From contig OZ242376.1 in NCBI GenBank assembly GCA_965209085.1, positions 416,001 through 480,000 of the forward strand: a stretch of 64,000 bases of DNA. The letters are read 5' to 3'. Source of the DNA: Nitrosopumilaceae archaeon (GTDB lineage: Archaea; Thermoproteota; Nitrososphaeria; Nitrososphaerales; Nitrosopumilaceae). Made by a program: the position numbers and the translations under genes. Below, piece after piece: positions 46,012-56,263 of this stretch (positions are counted from its first letter, which is position 1; each line of letters starts with the position of its first letter). The notes under the pieces were generated by a model. That model was not told where the DNA came from, did no database searches, and saw nothing but the letters and a program-made list of their open reading frames with translations.

Positions 46012-47149
46012 AATTCCACATTTTTGTATTTCCGCAGCTTATACCTATGCGCGCTGATGATTTTATACCGTAAACTTTGACTCCGTTTGCAACATAGAGC
46101 GAATCTGATTTTGTAAGATCCTCGCCGTACTGGGATTTTGTAATCCTCATTGCCTGTGCAATCTTTGCCGGTCCATCAGCTATGCCACGAAGGGGTGATT
46201 TTGCGCCTTTGCGGGATGCGTTTCTGTTGCGCTCCATGGTTTTTACGCCTTCAAGCGGCTCAATAGCGCGCACTAGTACGGCACCAGCTTTGGACGTCTT
46301 GGATTTTGCCACAATGTTAAAGCAGTAATGCATGCCGTACGTAAAATACACGTACGCCATGCCGCATTCCCCGAACATTGCCCCATTCCTTGCAGTCTCC
46401 CCGCCGTACGCGTGGCTTGCCTCATCGTCTGCATGCCTGTACGCTTCAGTTTCAGTTATAATTCCGGACATGACAGTATTCCCAACGCGCCTGACAAGTT
46501 TCTTCCCAAGCAGTCCTTTTGCAACCCTGACAGTGTCCCTGCGGTAAAACAATCTTGAAAGTGGTGCCGAATGCGTAATCTTTGCAATCTCTGCAATGTC
46601 TTTTTTTAATACCGGCCAAAGTTTGCGGTTGTATATTACTGCCGCCGGATGCACCGTTGGATAATATCTTACGCCATCCTGTATCGTAATTTTCCCACGA
46701 TTTTCAGTAATACCGTTTTTTCCAAGAACTGACTGCAGCGCGGTGTTTCCCATCACGCATACGGTATCCGGTTTCAGGGCTGCAATTTCTTCTTTCAGGT
46801 ATGCTGCGCACGCTGCCCGCTCGTCATCTTTTGGCACCCTGTTTTTTGGCGGCCTGCATTTTACCACGTTTGTAATGTAAACTGAATCCCTCAAGAGTCC
46901 GGCAAACTTTAGAGCATCATCCAGTTTTTTTCCAGCAGAACCGGCAAACGGTCTGCCGCGCAAATCCTCGCTTCTCCCCGGAGCCTCGCCGATAAACATT
47001 ATCCTCGCATGCGCACTTCCATCTCCTGGAACTGACATTTTTCTTGTTTTGCATAAAGGGCATTTTGTGCAGGATCTTACCTTTTTTGCTATATCCTCAA
47101 GTGTGCCGTATTTTGAGCTCCCCACACATGTGCATTTTATACGCGACAA
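45962..47149 (-). CDS. Fused family-4 uracil-DNA glycosylase / 3-methyladenine (alkyladenine) DNA glycosylase
   Basis: N-half: CTKCPLC, GEAPG, GRPF.G, NVVKCRPP.NR, HPAA. C-half: LLGKKLV, ITETEAY, YVYFTYGMHYCFN, GAVLVRAIEP, GPAKI, RIGIS. Confidence 0.88.
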   Translation of the reverse strand: MSRIKCTCVGSSKYGTLEDIAKKVRSCTKCPLCKTRKMSVPGDGSAHARIMFIGEAPGRSEDLRGRPFAGSAGKKLDDALKFAGLLRDSVYITNVVKCRPPKNRVPKDDERAACAAYLKEEIAALKPDTVCVMGNTALQSVLGKNGITENRGKITIQDGVRYYPTVHPAAVIYNRKLWPVLKKDIAEIAKITHSAPLSRLFYRRDTVRVAKGLLGKKLVRRVGNTVMSGIITETEAYRHADDEASHAYGGETARNGAMFGECGMAYVYFTYGMHYCFNIVAKSKTSKAGAVLVRAIEPLEGVKTMERNRNASRKGAKSPLRGIADGPAKIAQAMRITKSQYGEDLTKSDSLYVANGVKVYGIKSSARIGISCGNTKMWNFTCLLHPRAPRAQTAR

Positions 47150-47163
47150 ATATCTCTTGCATT

Positions 47164-47325
47164 CTAGCTGCTGTCTGAGAGGGCGGGCATTGTAAAGAAA
47201 AACTCGTCCTCAAAACCATAGTCTGCGCGTCCGCTGCGCCGCAAATATGTGAAATATTTCTCAGCATTCGGGTAAAACTGCCCATTATCGCTCATACTGT
47301 AACTTGCAATTGGGGGTTTTTTCAT
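47164..47325 (-). CDS. Small hypothetical protein (53 aa)
   Basis: MKKPPIASYSMSDNGQFYPNAEKYFTYLRRSGRADYGFEDEFFFTMPALSDSS; fills the gap directly upstream of the glycosylase. Confidence 0.55.
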   Translation of the reverse strand: MKKPPIASYSMSDNGQFYPNAEKYFTYLRRSGRADYGFEDEFFFTMPALSDSS

Positions 47326-47421
47326 ACATGGTAAGCGATTATAGTCAAAGCGGGTTAATTTTATCAACTGAACCCTTGGGGATGCGTTAAAATCATAAGG
47401 GACTCTAATACGGTATAATTC

Positions 47422-49260
47422 ATGGGCGATATGGTGTTTGATACAAGCGCAGTGATAAACGGACAAATGATAAAACTTGCAAAATCTGGAGCAATAAAGG
47501 ACTCTAATGTGATAATCCTTACGGCAGTAATGGATGAGCTTGTATCGCAGGCGTCTTTGAAAAAAGATTCCGGCTCGGAGGGACTGCGGCAGATAAGTCT
47601 GCTGCGCGAGGGCAAAGACCGGTTTTGTGCCAAGATTATCTTTGAGGGCCGCCATCCAAGCGCTGAGGAGATAAGCCTTGCAAGACGGGGCCGGATGGAT
47701 GCGCTAATCCGGGACGAGGCAGCAGAACGCGGAGCAGAATTGTGCACCTCTGATGTATTGCAATACGAGGCTGCAAAGGCGCAGGGTGCTTCAACAAGGC
47801 TATTGCTTGAAAAATCCGACGGCGTGATGAATTTTCTAAAATATTTTGATGCAGATACGATGAGCATCCATCTAAAAGAGGGAATGATACCGCTTGCAAA
47901 AAGAGGCAAACCCGGGGATTTTCAGCTTCTCAAAGCAGGGGATAAAATCCTGGACAAAAAAGATATAATTGAGACATTCTCGCAGATACTCTCAAGTCCT
48001 GAAGTTGCCGAATCCGGAACGGAGATATCAAAGCGCGGCGCCACCGTGGTGCAGTATCTGGATTACCGCGTGGCCTTTACGCGCCCGCCGCTCTCTGAAA
48101 AATGCGAGCTGACAATTGTACACCCGACGATAACAATGAAACTTGAAGATTACCACCTCACTGAAAAACTTTTGAATCGGTTATCTGACTCTGCTGAAGG
48201 CGTGGTGGTGGCCGGCTCTCCGGGTTCGGGAAAAAGCACGTTTGCCTCAGCACTGGCAAACTTTTACAACGCAAAAAACCGCATCGTTAAAACATTTGAA
48301 TCCCCAAGGGATCTAAAAGTGGATGGCGGAGTTACCCAGTATGCAAAACTTGACGGCAGCTTTGAGAATACGGCGGACATTTTACTGCTGGTTCGGCCCG
48401 ATTATACAATATTTGACGAGGTTCGGCGGTATGATGATTTTAAAATCTTCTCGGATCTGCGTCTGGCAGGCGTAGGAATGGTGGGTGTCGTCCATGCAAG
48501 CACGCCCATTGACTCTGTACAGCGGTTTGTGGGAAAGATTGAGCTTGGAATAATACCGCACGTAATTGACACTGTCGTATTTGTTAAAGACGGCCAAATT
48601 CAAAACGTCTATTCACTCTCCCTTACAGTAAAGGTGCCTTCGGGAATGACAGAGCAGGACCTGGCCCGCCCCGTAGTGCAGATATCTGACTTTGAGAGCG
48701 GCTCCCCCCGCTATGAAATTTACACGTTTGGCGAGGAAAACGTCGTCATGCCAGTATCTGAGAGTGCGCAAACTGGCACCGCAGTGGACCGGCTTGCAGA
48801 AAAAGCGGTACTTGATGCGATCACGCGGTACGACCCCACAGCTAGCGTTTCAATAGTATCCCCCGGCCGCGCGCAGGTTCGCGTCTCTGCACAACACATG
48901 GCGCGCATCATCGGCCGGTCCGGATCAAATGTCATGCATCTTGAGCGCACGCTTGGAATTAAACTGGACATACAAAAACACGGAAACTCTGGAAACGGAT
49001 ACGATACGCCGTATGATGATAAGGATTTTGATTCCGGCACCGGAGAGGTGCCGTTTTCCTATGATGAGATTCGCAATTCCATTCTGATCAAAGTGGATCC
49101 TGAGCATGCCGGAGGGCAGGCTGACATTTACGTAAACGGTGAAATCATCGCCACCTCGCGCGTTGGCCCAAAGGGCAATGTAAAATTTTCAAAAAAAGGC
49201 CAAGCATCAAGGAAAATTGCAAACGCATCTGATCTTTCGGTACAAATCAGAGATCGTTAA
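47422..49260 (+). CDS. PIN-domain ATPase with KH domain (PINA type)
   Basis: N-terminal PIN (FDTS..), GSPGSGKST, ESPRDL, LLVRPDYTIFDEVR, GVVHA, KH motif IIGRSG. Confidence 0.9.
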   Translation: MGDMVFDTSAVINGQMIKLAKSGAIKDSNVIILTAVMDELVSQASLKKDSGSEGLRQISLLREGKDRFCAKIIFEGRHPSAEEISLARRGRMDALIRDEAAERGAELCTSDVLQYEAAKAQGASTRLLLEKSDGVMNFLKYFDADTMSIHLKEGMIPLAKRGKPGDFQLLKAGDKILDKKDIIETFSQILSSPEVAESGTEISKRGATVVQYLDYRVAFTRPPLSEKCELTIVHPTITMKLEDYHLTEKLLNRLSDSAEGVVVAGSPGSGKSTFASALANFYNAKNRIVKTFESPRDLKVDGGVTQYAKLDGSFENTADILLLVRPDYTIFDEVRRYDDFKIFSDLRLAGVGMVGVVHASTPIDSVQRFVGKIELGIIPHVIDTVVFVKDGQIQNVYSLSLTVKVPSGMTEQDLARPVVQISDFESGSPRYEIYTFGEENVVMPVSESAQTGTAVDRLAEKAVLDAITRYDPTASVSIVSPGRAQVRVSAQHMARIIGRSGSNVMHLERTLGIKLDIQKHGNSGNGYDTPYDDKDFDSGTGEVPFSYDEIRNSILIKVDPEHAGGQADIYVNGEIIATSRVGPKGNVKFSKKGQASRKIANASDLSVQIRDR

Positions 49261-49711
49261 AACGCTTCAACAGTCTTGGGTCAGAGCGCACAAACGCTAA
49301 AAACTTGCGCAGACGTCTTATCGTTTTGGGATTAAGATGGTGCTCTATGCCCTCTGCATCCTGGTTTGCCACTGCACTCTCCACCCCGAGTATCTCAAAA
49401 AACTCCAACAGTATGCTGTGTTTTTGTCTGACAGCGCGCGCCAGATTTGCCCCTTTTTTTGTCAGGTTTATTCCACGATATCTCTCATATCTGAGATATT
49501 TTCCATCATCAAGCCTGTGCAGCATTTTTGTAACACTTGGGGCGCTCACGTCCATGTATCTTGATATATCCAAGGTGGTGGCATACCCCTTTAGGTCCAC
49601 CAGTTCTGCAATCACTTCAAGATAATCCTCCATGCGGATGCTAGATGTGCCGTGCGCTGATCTGTGTGCGGCCTTTATTGATTCAAGTCTCTCCTCTGAG
49701 CTTTTATCCAT
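49247..49711 (-). CDS. DtxR/MntR-family metal-dependent transcriptional regulator
   Basis: MEDYLEVI, VSAPSVTKML, YERYRGINLT, KH..L..F, DAEGIEHH. Confidence 0.9.
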   Translation of the reverse strand: MDKSSEERLESIKAAHRSAHGTSSIRMEDYLEVIAELVDLKGYATTLDISRYMDVSAPSVTKMLHRLDDGKYLRYERYRGINLTKKGANLARAVRQKHSILLEFFEILGVESAVANQDAEGIEHHLNPKTIRRLRKFLAFVRSDPRLLKRFNDL

Positions 49712-49844
49712 CGTATATATGCGCACACTAGGGTCGTATAACTTTTGTATCCTTGAATGTTGTCAAAATTAACACGCAGGTAAACTGCATTGATCGGCGG
49801 GGATTAACCGTATTTTGTGCCAAAAACATACGTTGAGTGAAAAT

Positions 49845-50177
49845 ATGGCAAAAACACTGGCAATGATAAAGGCGCATTCAGCCTCTGTCAAGCGGCGGGC
49901 CAGCATGTACGGCGAAATTGCCAATGTGACAGATGCCAAAGTCTCTGAGATATCCTCGCTAAACCGCTCGCCAAAGACTGGAAAACATATGCAGAAAATC
50001 GGCTTTATCATGATGTGGATACCTGAACCCACGGGTGTTACGTGCGCAGTTGGAGCTCCAATGATTTTGGCCGGACGGTATCTTGACAAGAGAAGCGGCG
50101 GCTCCATATCTGATGTAACAGACGGTGCAAAGAGCGCACTTGATGGGGTAACTAGCGTGCACAATTCTATGATTTAG
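49845..50177 (+). CDS. Hypothetical protein
   Basis: ORF with hydrophobic WIPEPTGVTCAVGAPMILAG segment; start codon uncertain. Confidence 0.6.
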   Translation: MAKTLAMIKAHSASVKRRASMYGEIANVTDAKVSEISSLNRSPKTGKHMQKIGFIMMWIPEPTGVTCAVGAPMILAGRYLDKRSGGSISDVTDGAKSALDGVTSVHNSMI

Positions 50178-50245
50178 ATTGGCAAATTTTGCACGCCTAA
50201 AATTACTACCCTTGGTTTTTAAATGACGCAGGATGTTAAAACCGC

Positions 50246-51127
50246 ATGGCCACAAGGGCGCAGGCGTTAATTCCAATCGCAATAGCTGCGGCAATAGTGG
50301 GCATAGTGGGACTAGCCACGCTTCCAAATGATGCAAAACTTGAATCGGTTAATTTTCCGCGCGGCATTATATCCCTTGACGGGAAGCTGCTGGACGTGCA
50401 GATTGCAGACGATGGTCCCAGGCGCCTGCGGGGTCTGATGTTTCAGGAACAGTTGGAATACAACGAGGGTATGATCCTTGAATTTGAAAAAGAAGGCGTG
50501 TATCCGCAGTGGATGCTAAACCTCCAGTTTCCTTTGGATATTCTCTGGTTTGATTCTGCGGGGAAAATTGTGCACATTGAAGAAAATATACCCCCGTGCA
50601 AAACTGCACTTGAAACACGCGCGTGCACTGTGACAAATCCTGAGAACACACCGGCGATGTACATTCTAGAGCTGAGTGCCGGATATGTGCAAATGTTTAA
50701 CGTAACTATAAACTCTGTACTAAATGCTGACATTGAGCAAATCAATTTTCCGCGCGGCACCATATCCCTTGACGGGAAATTCCTAGAGGTGCAGATTGCA
50801 GACGATAATGAGCGGCGCACGCGCGGCCTGATGTTTCAGGAGCAGCTAGGATATGATGAGGGGATGATCTTTGATTTTGAAAGAGACGGCGTGTACTCTC
50901 TTTGGATGCCAAACATGCAGTTTCCCTTGGATATTCTCTGGTTTGATTCTGAGGGGCACGTGGTGCACATTGAGGAGAACGTACCCCCGTGCAATACTGC
51001 AAAGATGCCCTGCCCTACGGTGAAAAATAGCGGCACTCTGGCATTTTACGTCTTGGAGCTGGCAGCCGGATATGTGCAAATGTTTGATATAACTGCCGAC
51101 TCTGTGTTGGAGATTATATCCATATGA
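50246..51127 (+). CDS. Membrane-anchored protein with two tandem DUF192 domains
   Basis: IADD...RGLMF...GM..F...WM.N.QFPLDILWFD...Y.LEL.AG occurs twice. Confidence 0.88.
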   Translation: MATRAQALIPIAIAAAIVGIVGLATLPNDAKLESVNFPRGIISLDGKLLDVQIADDGPRRLRGLMFQEQLEYNEGMILEFEKEGVYPQWMLNLQFPLDILWFDSAGKIVHIEENIPPCKTALETRACTVTNPENTPAMYILELSAGYVQMFNVTINSVLNADIEQINFPRGTISLDGKFLEVQIADDNERRTRGLMFQEQLGYDEGMIFDFERDGVYSLWMPNMQFPLDILWFDSEGHVVHIEENVPPCNTAKMPCPTVKNSGTLAFYVLELAAGYVQMFDITADSVLEIISI

Positions 51128-51167
51128 GCATAATACATGGCGTATCAAAACGCGGCGTCCTCTTATC

Positions 51168-51923
51168 ATGATGGATATGCTGTGGCTTTTGCCGCTGGGA
51201 TTTGTAGCCGGAACTGTCGGCTCGATGGTGGGCCTTGGAGGGGGAATCATAATGGTTCCTGCCCTGACTCTGGCCGGATATTCGCCTACACTGGCAGTTA
51301 CTGTAAGCCTTTATGCAATATTTAGCAATGCTGCTGCATCCACAATACTGTATGCCCGGCGGGGTCTTGTCGCCTTTAAAACCGGCATATTCATGGCAGC
51401 TGTTGCAATTCCGGGAACCGCACTGGGTGCTGTTCTCTCATCACGGGTGGATAGGGACGAGTTTCAGATTCTCTTTGGAGTTTTAATGATTGCAGTTGCA
51501 ATATACACTGCGGTAAGACAAAACATCAGCGGCGGGGCAAAAGTTGGTACCGTATCTGCTGCAATTGCAGCACTAGCTAGCCTTGGAGCCGGAATGGTGT
51601 CCAGCTTTTTTGGCATAGGGGGGGGAATCATATTTGTTCCTGTCCTAGTAATGGTGCTTGGAATGGGAATGGCGCGCGCCGCACCCACCTCGCAGTTTGC
51701 ACTCTTGTTCATATCTTTTGCCGGAATGATATCGCATACTGCACTTGGACACGCAGGATTGTACGAGGCGGCCCTGCTCTCTGCTGGCGCATTTGCAGGA
51801 GGATTGCTTGGATCAAAGCTTGCATCAAGGGTGCGGCAGAAAAATCTGCGGATAATATTGTCACTGCTTGTGGCAGCTGCTGCAATCCACTTGTTCATCG
51901 ATGCATTGTCAGGATGGTTTTAA
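51168..51923 (+). CDS. TauE/SafE (TSUP) family exporter
   Basis: GLGGGIIMVP and GIGGGIIFVP repeats; about 8 TM segments. Confidence 0.88.
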   Translation: MMDMLWLLPLGFVAGTVGSMVGLGGGIIMVPALTLAGYSPTLAVTVSLYAIFSNAAASTILYARRGLVAFKTGIFMAAVAIPGTALGAVLSSRVDRDEFQILFGVLMIAVAIYTAVRQNISGGAKVGTVSAAIAALASLGAGMVSSFFGIGGGIIFVPVLVMVLGMGMARAAPTSQFALLFISFAGMISHTALGHAGLYEAALLSAGAFAGGLLGSKLASRVRQKNLRIILSLLVAAAAIHLFIDALSGWF

Positions 51924-53650
51924 CGCAACTCATCAACGCAGTGTATTACCTGCGATGATGAGACAGCACCCTCCGTATGGAAATAATCAATTGCATCATT
52001 TATCCTCTGATTCTCCGGCTCTGCACCGCCAACTGCACCTGGTAAAATCAGGTGCGCCCTGATTTTGGATTTTAACACATCTGAGAGCTCTTGGTTTACG
52101 GTAGCTGCAAACGGACGGAGAGCTCCGCGGAACACCTCTGCTCTTGCACGCTGCACGCCGCTGACTTTACCTGCCGGCATTTGCGGCCCGATAATGGCGA
52201 TAATCCCTGTTTTTCCAACATATAATCTTGGATCCTTTGATCCTCCGGGTACAAACAACTCGAGTGCGCACTGTAAAACGGATGCGGGCGTATTGACAAA
52301 CCTGTCCACAAACTCGTCCCACTTTGCGCGCCCAATCTCTGTAAACGATACATCCGGTACATCGCCGGTAAAATGCAACATCTCTGCAATGGGGCCAATC
52401 TTTTCTGATGCAGTATTCATCCATTTTGTGATCTGCATTTGATCTGCAATGTCAGTTTTGTGCGAATGGAATTTCTCCGATATGGATGAGGCAAGCGCCT
52501 CTTTTGCATAATTGTCTATCATACAGACTACTTTGGCACCGCATGATTCTGCATGGAATGCTGCAGAAATCACCCTGTCAGCATCAGATTTGTTTGACGG
52601 ATTTACAGTTATAAAGACGCATTTTCCTGCAAGATCCGGTTTTGGAGATGCCGGTGTGCCAGATCCAACGTGCGGCCGTACAGGATAAAACACCCTGTCC
52701 CCTGGAATCACCTTGCCGTTTAACGTAGCAGATGTTGCATCGCCGCATAAAATTAAAACCATATCTGCCACCTGCGTCTGTGACAGAAACTGTCCGTCAG
52801 CTATCATGCGTGACGTGTTTTTTTGTATCTTTTCGGCAACTGTTGATATCTTTCCAAGCAGACTGCGCAGTGTTTTTTCATTATCTCCTGCAACAGCTTT
52901 GGATATTGTCTGCTTATCCTCGCCAAGCAGCGGCAAAACCTTATCACACGCTTTTTCTGTCTCTTCAGGATTCATATCCTCAAATCCTGACACGCGCATG
53001 AATTCTGCAGCTGCCTTTGGATACACTGTCTTGTATATCCTATCCGAATGCACAGGTCCCGGATTTGTTGCAATGGATGCTATGTTTTTTGCAACCAGCT
53101 CCCATGAGAGCGCCTCTGAGAGTCTGTTCTTTGCACCCTGTGCTGCAGTATACGGACTGCGAAATCTGTATGGGCGCTGCTCAAGCGGACGCTCTTCTGT
53201 AAAAAATGTCGATATTGTAATAATTTTGGCATTCTCTGCAAGAACCGGCAGGCTGCGAATACTGGTCCAAAACGTTCCAGTCAAATGTATTGCAACCGCA
53301 CTTTTGAAATCCTCAATTCGCATATGAGAAAAACACATCACGGGACCGGAGATGCCCGCATTGTTCACCACATAGTCTATCTTTGTGCCGGATTTTTCAA
53401 TTGCATCAAACATGCCATCTATCCCATCTGCATCACTCACATCGACTCCATCGTACATGGTAACTGATGCGCCGCTGCCTGATTCTGAGATTACCTTTTC
53501 TATTCCTTTGGCAGCCTCTACAAGAGGTTCTTTGCGCCTGCCAAGTATGATAACACTTGCCCCGTTTTGGACAAATTTTGTGGCTATGGCAAGACCAATA
53601 CCTGTACCGCTGCCCGTAATCAGAGCGGTCTTGTTTTTGAATTTTAACAC
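51920..53650 (-). CDS. Double-domain short-chain dehydrogenase/reductase
   Basis: TGSGTGIG, NNAG, PYTAAQGAK, NPGPV; a second degenerate Rossmann domain starts at LAGKCVFIT. Confidence 0.85.
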   Translation of the reverse strand: MLKFKNKTALITGSGTGIGLAIATKFVQNGASVIILGRRKEPLVEAAKGIEKVISESGSGASVTMYDGVDVSDADGIDGMFDAIEKSGTKIDYVVNNAGISGPVMCFSHMRIEDFKSAVAIHLTGTFWTSIRSLPVLAENAKIITISTFFTEERPLEQRPYRFRSPYTAAQGAKNRLSEALSWELVAKNIASIATNPGPVHSDRIYKTVYPKAAAEFMRVSGFEDMNPEETEKACDKVLPLLGEDKQTISKAVAGDNEKTLRSLLGKISTVAEKIQKNTSRMIADGQFLSQTQVADMVLILCGDATSATLNGKVIPGDRVFYPVRPHVGSGTPASPKPDLAGKCVFITVNPSNKSDADRVISAAFHAESCGAKVVCMIDNYAKEALASSISEKFHSHKTDIADQMQITKWMNTASEKIGPIAEMLHFTGDVPDVSFTEIGRAKWDEFVDRFVNTPASVLQCALELFVPGGSKDPRLYVGKTGIIAIIGPQMPAGKVSGVQRARAEVFRGALRPFAATVNQELSDVLKSKIRAHLILPGAVGGAEPENQRINDAIDYFHTEGAVSSSQVIHCVDELR

Positions 53651-53845
53651 GATCTGCTCTCAAATTTGACTCTTTATTTATGTTCAAATTTTGATTCACC
53701 TCATGCCAAAACATGCGATCATTTTTGTCAAATCCGGCATCATTTTGTACAGATTAAATCCTGGGTTCTGTTGCGTTGTCTGGTGCTAGGCGTGAATGTG
53801 GATCTTCTTTGGGTTGAATATCTTATGAACGATTGAATTCCTTTT

Positions 53846-54726
53846 TGATGCGAACCCCTGTAGAAGGAGAACGATTTTTGCATTAAAAATGATAGGATCC
53901 GAGGGCTCATTTTGTCATTGCCCTCCGTGCGGTGCCAAATTCTGATGGCGTCGCATATCCTATTGCAGTGTACTCGGTTCTGATTGTAATCCTCAAAGGC
54001 GTATGATATTGCATTCTCTGCGTCCTGGAACGTCTCAAAGTCGCGCGGCCCGAAATATTCTTTCTTGAGGCTCTTGTGAAAGGATTTCACATGACCGTTT
54101 TGATCTGGCGTATGGTAGTGGATGAATTCCTGCCGTACACCGTATGCTTTTACAGCTTGTCAAACTGTAATGAAACATACTGGGAACCGTTATCTGTTCT
54201 TAGAGTAAGATTTGAGCAATCCGGTTTCTTGGAGGCTAGATCTTCAGTTAATGCTGCAATGGCACCGTCTGTGACCGCTCTTGGCCCAAACGCATATCCT
54301 ACCCACTCGCGGGTAAATACAAAGGATGCTGAATAGATAACACCATCTGTCTTGACCGCACCAAACATACGTCATGTCCACCTGCCAGAGTTGATCAGGT
54401 CCTGCAGGTTTTGGCCGTTTTCTGGAGCGTATGATCTCTTTTTTGGGTTTTGCAGGCGTACTCTAGCCTAGATAATGGTATATTTTCTTAATCTTTTTGC
54501 AGTTTACGGGTTTGCCTGTAATGCAAGATATGGTGACTACCATTCTTCGTGTTCCATACGTGGGTCTGTTCTGAGCAACCTGTTGCACTGGTTTTGAGAT
54601 TTCTTTATCAATTCCGATAACGTGTGGTTTTTTGACAGCATACAGTCTCATGTTGGACGCTCCAGTATAGCGTGCGGATTTGCGAAGACTCAAACCTTGC
54701 TCCTGCATGAGTGTAACAGCTTTCAT
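53846..54726 (-). mobile_element. IS3-family element, truncated copy (orfB pseudogene, orfA end missing)
   Basis: rve motifs in broken frames (RPTYGTRR, WQVDMTY, LRTDNGSQY, SFHKSLKKE); terminal TGATGCGAACCCCTGTAGAAGGAGAAC resembles the IR of the copy at 57161. Confidence 0.85.
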
Positions 54727-54727
54727 T

Positions 54728-55050
54728 GTAACTGTCTAGAGTTTTGAAGCGATTTGATCATATGATCGAGTATTTTCCATCGTGATCTTTATGGATCAAG
54801 CCCAAACATGACGAATTGTTGTCAGAACGTGACCAAAATAACCTCAATCCTGGATTACTCCACAAGGTATTGCAGGAAAATGCACGGTTATGACGTATCG
54901 ACAAACAACAGAAAAAAGAGAACACTGTCATGAAAATCAAATATTCCCCACTTGAAGTAAAGTATTCCATACTTGAAAAAAATCTGCAGATCAACAAAAA
55001 GAAATAGATGATCTAAAATTCGCAGTAAAAGAACTTGCCGCAAAGAATGG
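54728..55050 (+). pseudogene. Possible left end of an IS66-like element with coiled-coil transposase N-terminus remnant
   Basis: Begins GTAACTGTC exactly where the IS3 copy is cut; broken coiled-coil frame (..SADQQKEIDDLKFAVKELAAK) ends at the IR of the next IS. Confidence 0.35.
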
Positions 55051-56211
55051 CTCTGTCCATGAATAAAATCAAAAACATACCATAAATCTTTTAGATCATG
55101 AACGTAAATGACCGAAAAAGCTTTGGATCAGTAGATCAGAGCCAATTTAATGAAATCAACAAAGCACAAACGACGAGGAAATCTTGCTAGATCACACCAA
55201 ATGTTAACCTCGATTATAATGAAAGCAAAAAATCAAGGGGTAAAGCCATGGAAACCAAGTCCGTTAGGACAAACCGGCTTTGACCCCCTGGGAATGACTG
55301 TGTGTATTGCCCTAAAGACAATGCAATAACTGTCATACGATGAACTCGTAGATTATCTTGAAGATTCATCACGTTTACGATCAATACCGGACTTGAAAAG
55401 AGTGCCGTCAAGGTCGGCGTTGCAAGTAGCATCTAGAATTGATAAGCATTTCATCACATGGATGATAAATTCTGCAGGCAGACCTGGAATGAAAGGTACA
55501 TTGTACGGGGATTCTACAGGAATTGCAATAAACGGGCATAATACATGGCTTGATGCAAAAAATGGATCAAGGTCCAGACGGGATTATCGTAAATTGCATA
55601 TTGTAACTACTGAAAACGGCATAATCATATCATATCCTATGATATTACCCATGCACGACGCCATGATGCACCAATATTTGAGCAAATATGTGACACACTG
55701 CCGCACGGTTCCGGTCATGTGATGCTTGATGCAGCATATCTTTCACGCAACATATGCACGCTCATAGAAAAGATTGGACGAATTCCTGTAACAATGCCAA
55801 GAAAAGATGTTCGCGTACGTGGATTTGACGCAATGGGAAAGATGCTTCGATGGCATCGTGATAATCCTGATGAATTTCTATCCATATACCACAAACGTAG
55901 CAACGTAGAGGCCACGTTTTCATCCATGAAGAGAAGGTTTTCATCCACTCTGAGTACACGCAAATTTGCAACACAGAAAATTGAATTATGCTTTTTTGTC
56001 TTGTGTTATAATATTCACATTCTAGCTGCCGCAGTCTAGATTCTGACACTTTGTGTCGAATACGATCCTAGCGTATGCTATACTCTAAAACCCAATATTT
56101 GCAATACTGACAAGATGAGCAGGGCTTGATAATGGCGAATTGGTGGACATGTTGCATGATTTTGAATAAATTTGATCGGATTTTATAAAAAATGCTCATT
56201 CATGGACAGAG
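55051..56211 (+). mobile_element. IS5-like (DDE_Tnp_1) element with pseudogenised transposase
   Basis: Perfect 14-bp IRs CTCTGTCCATGAAT (55051-55064) / ATTCATGGACAGAG (56198-56211); motifs GDSTG, YRKLH, LDAAY, YHKRSNVEATFS in broken frames. Confidence 0.85.
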
Positions 56212-56263
56212 ATCCGCGCGGCAGTATAGTTAAATATCACAATAAAATAATAATTGGAATAAC

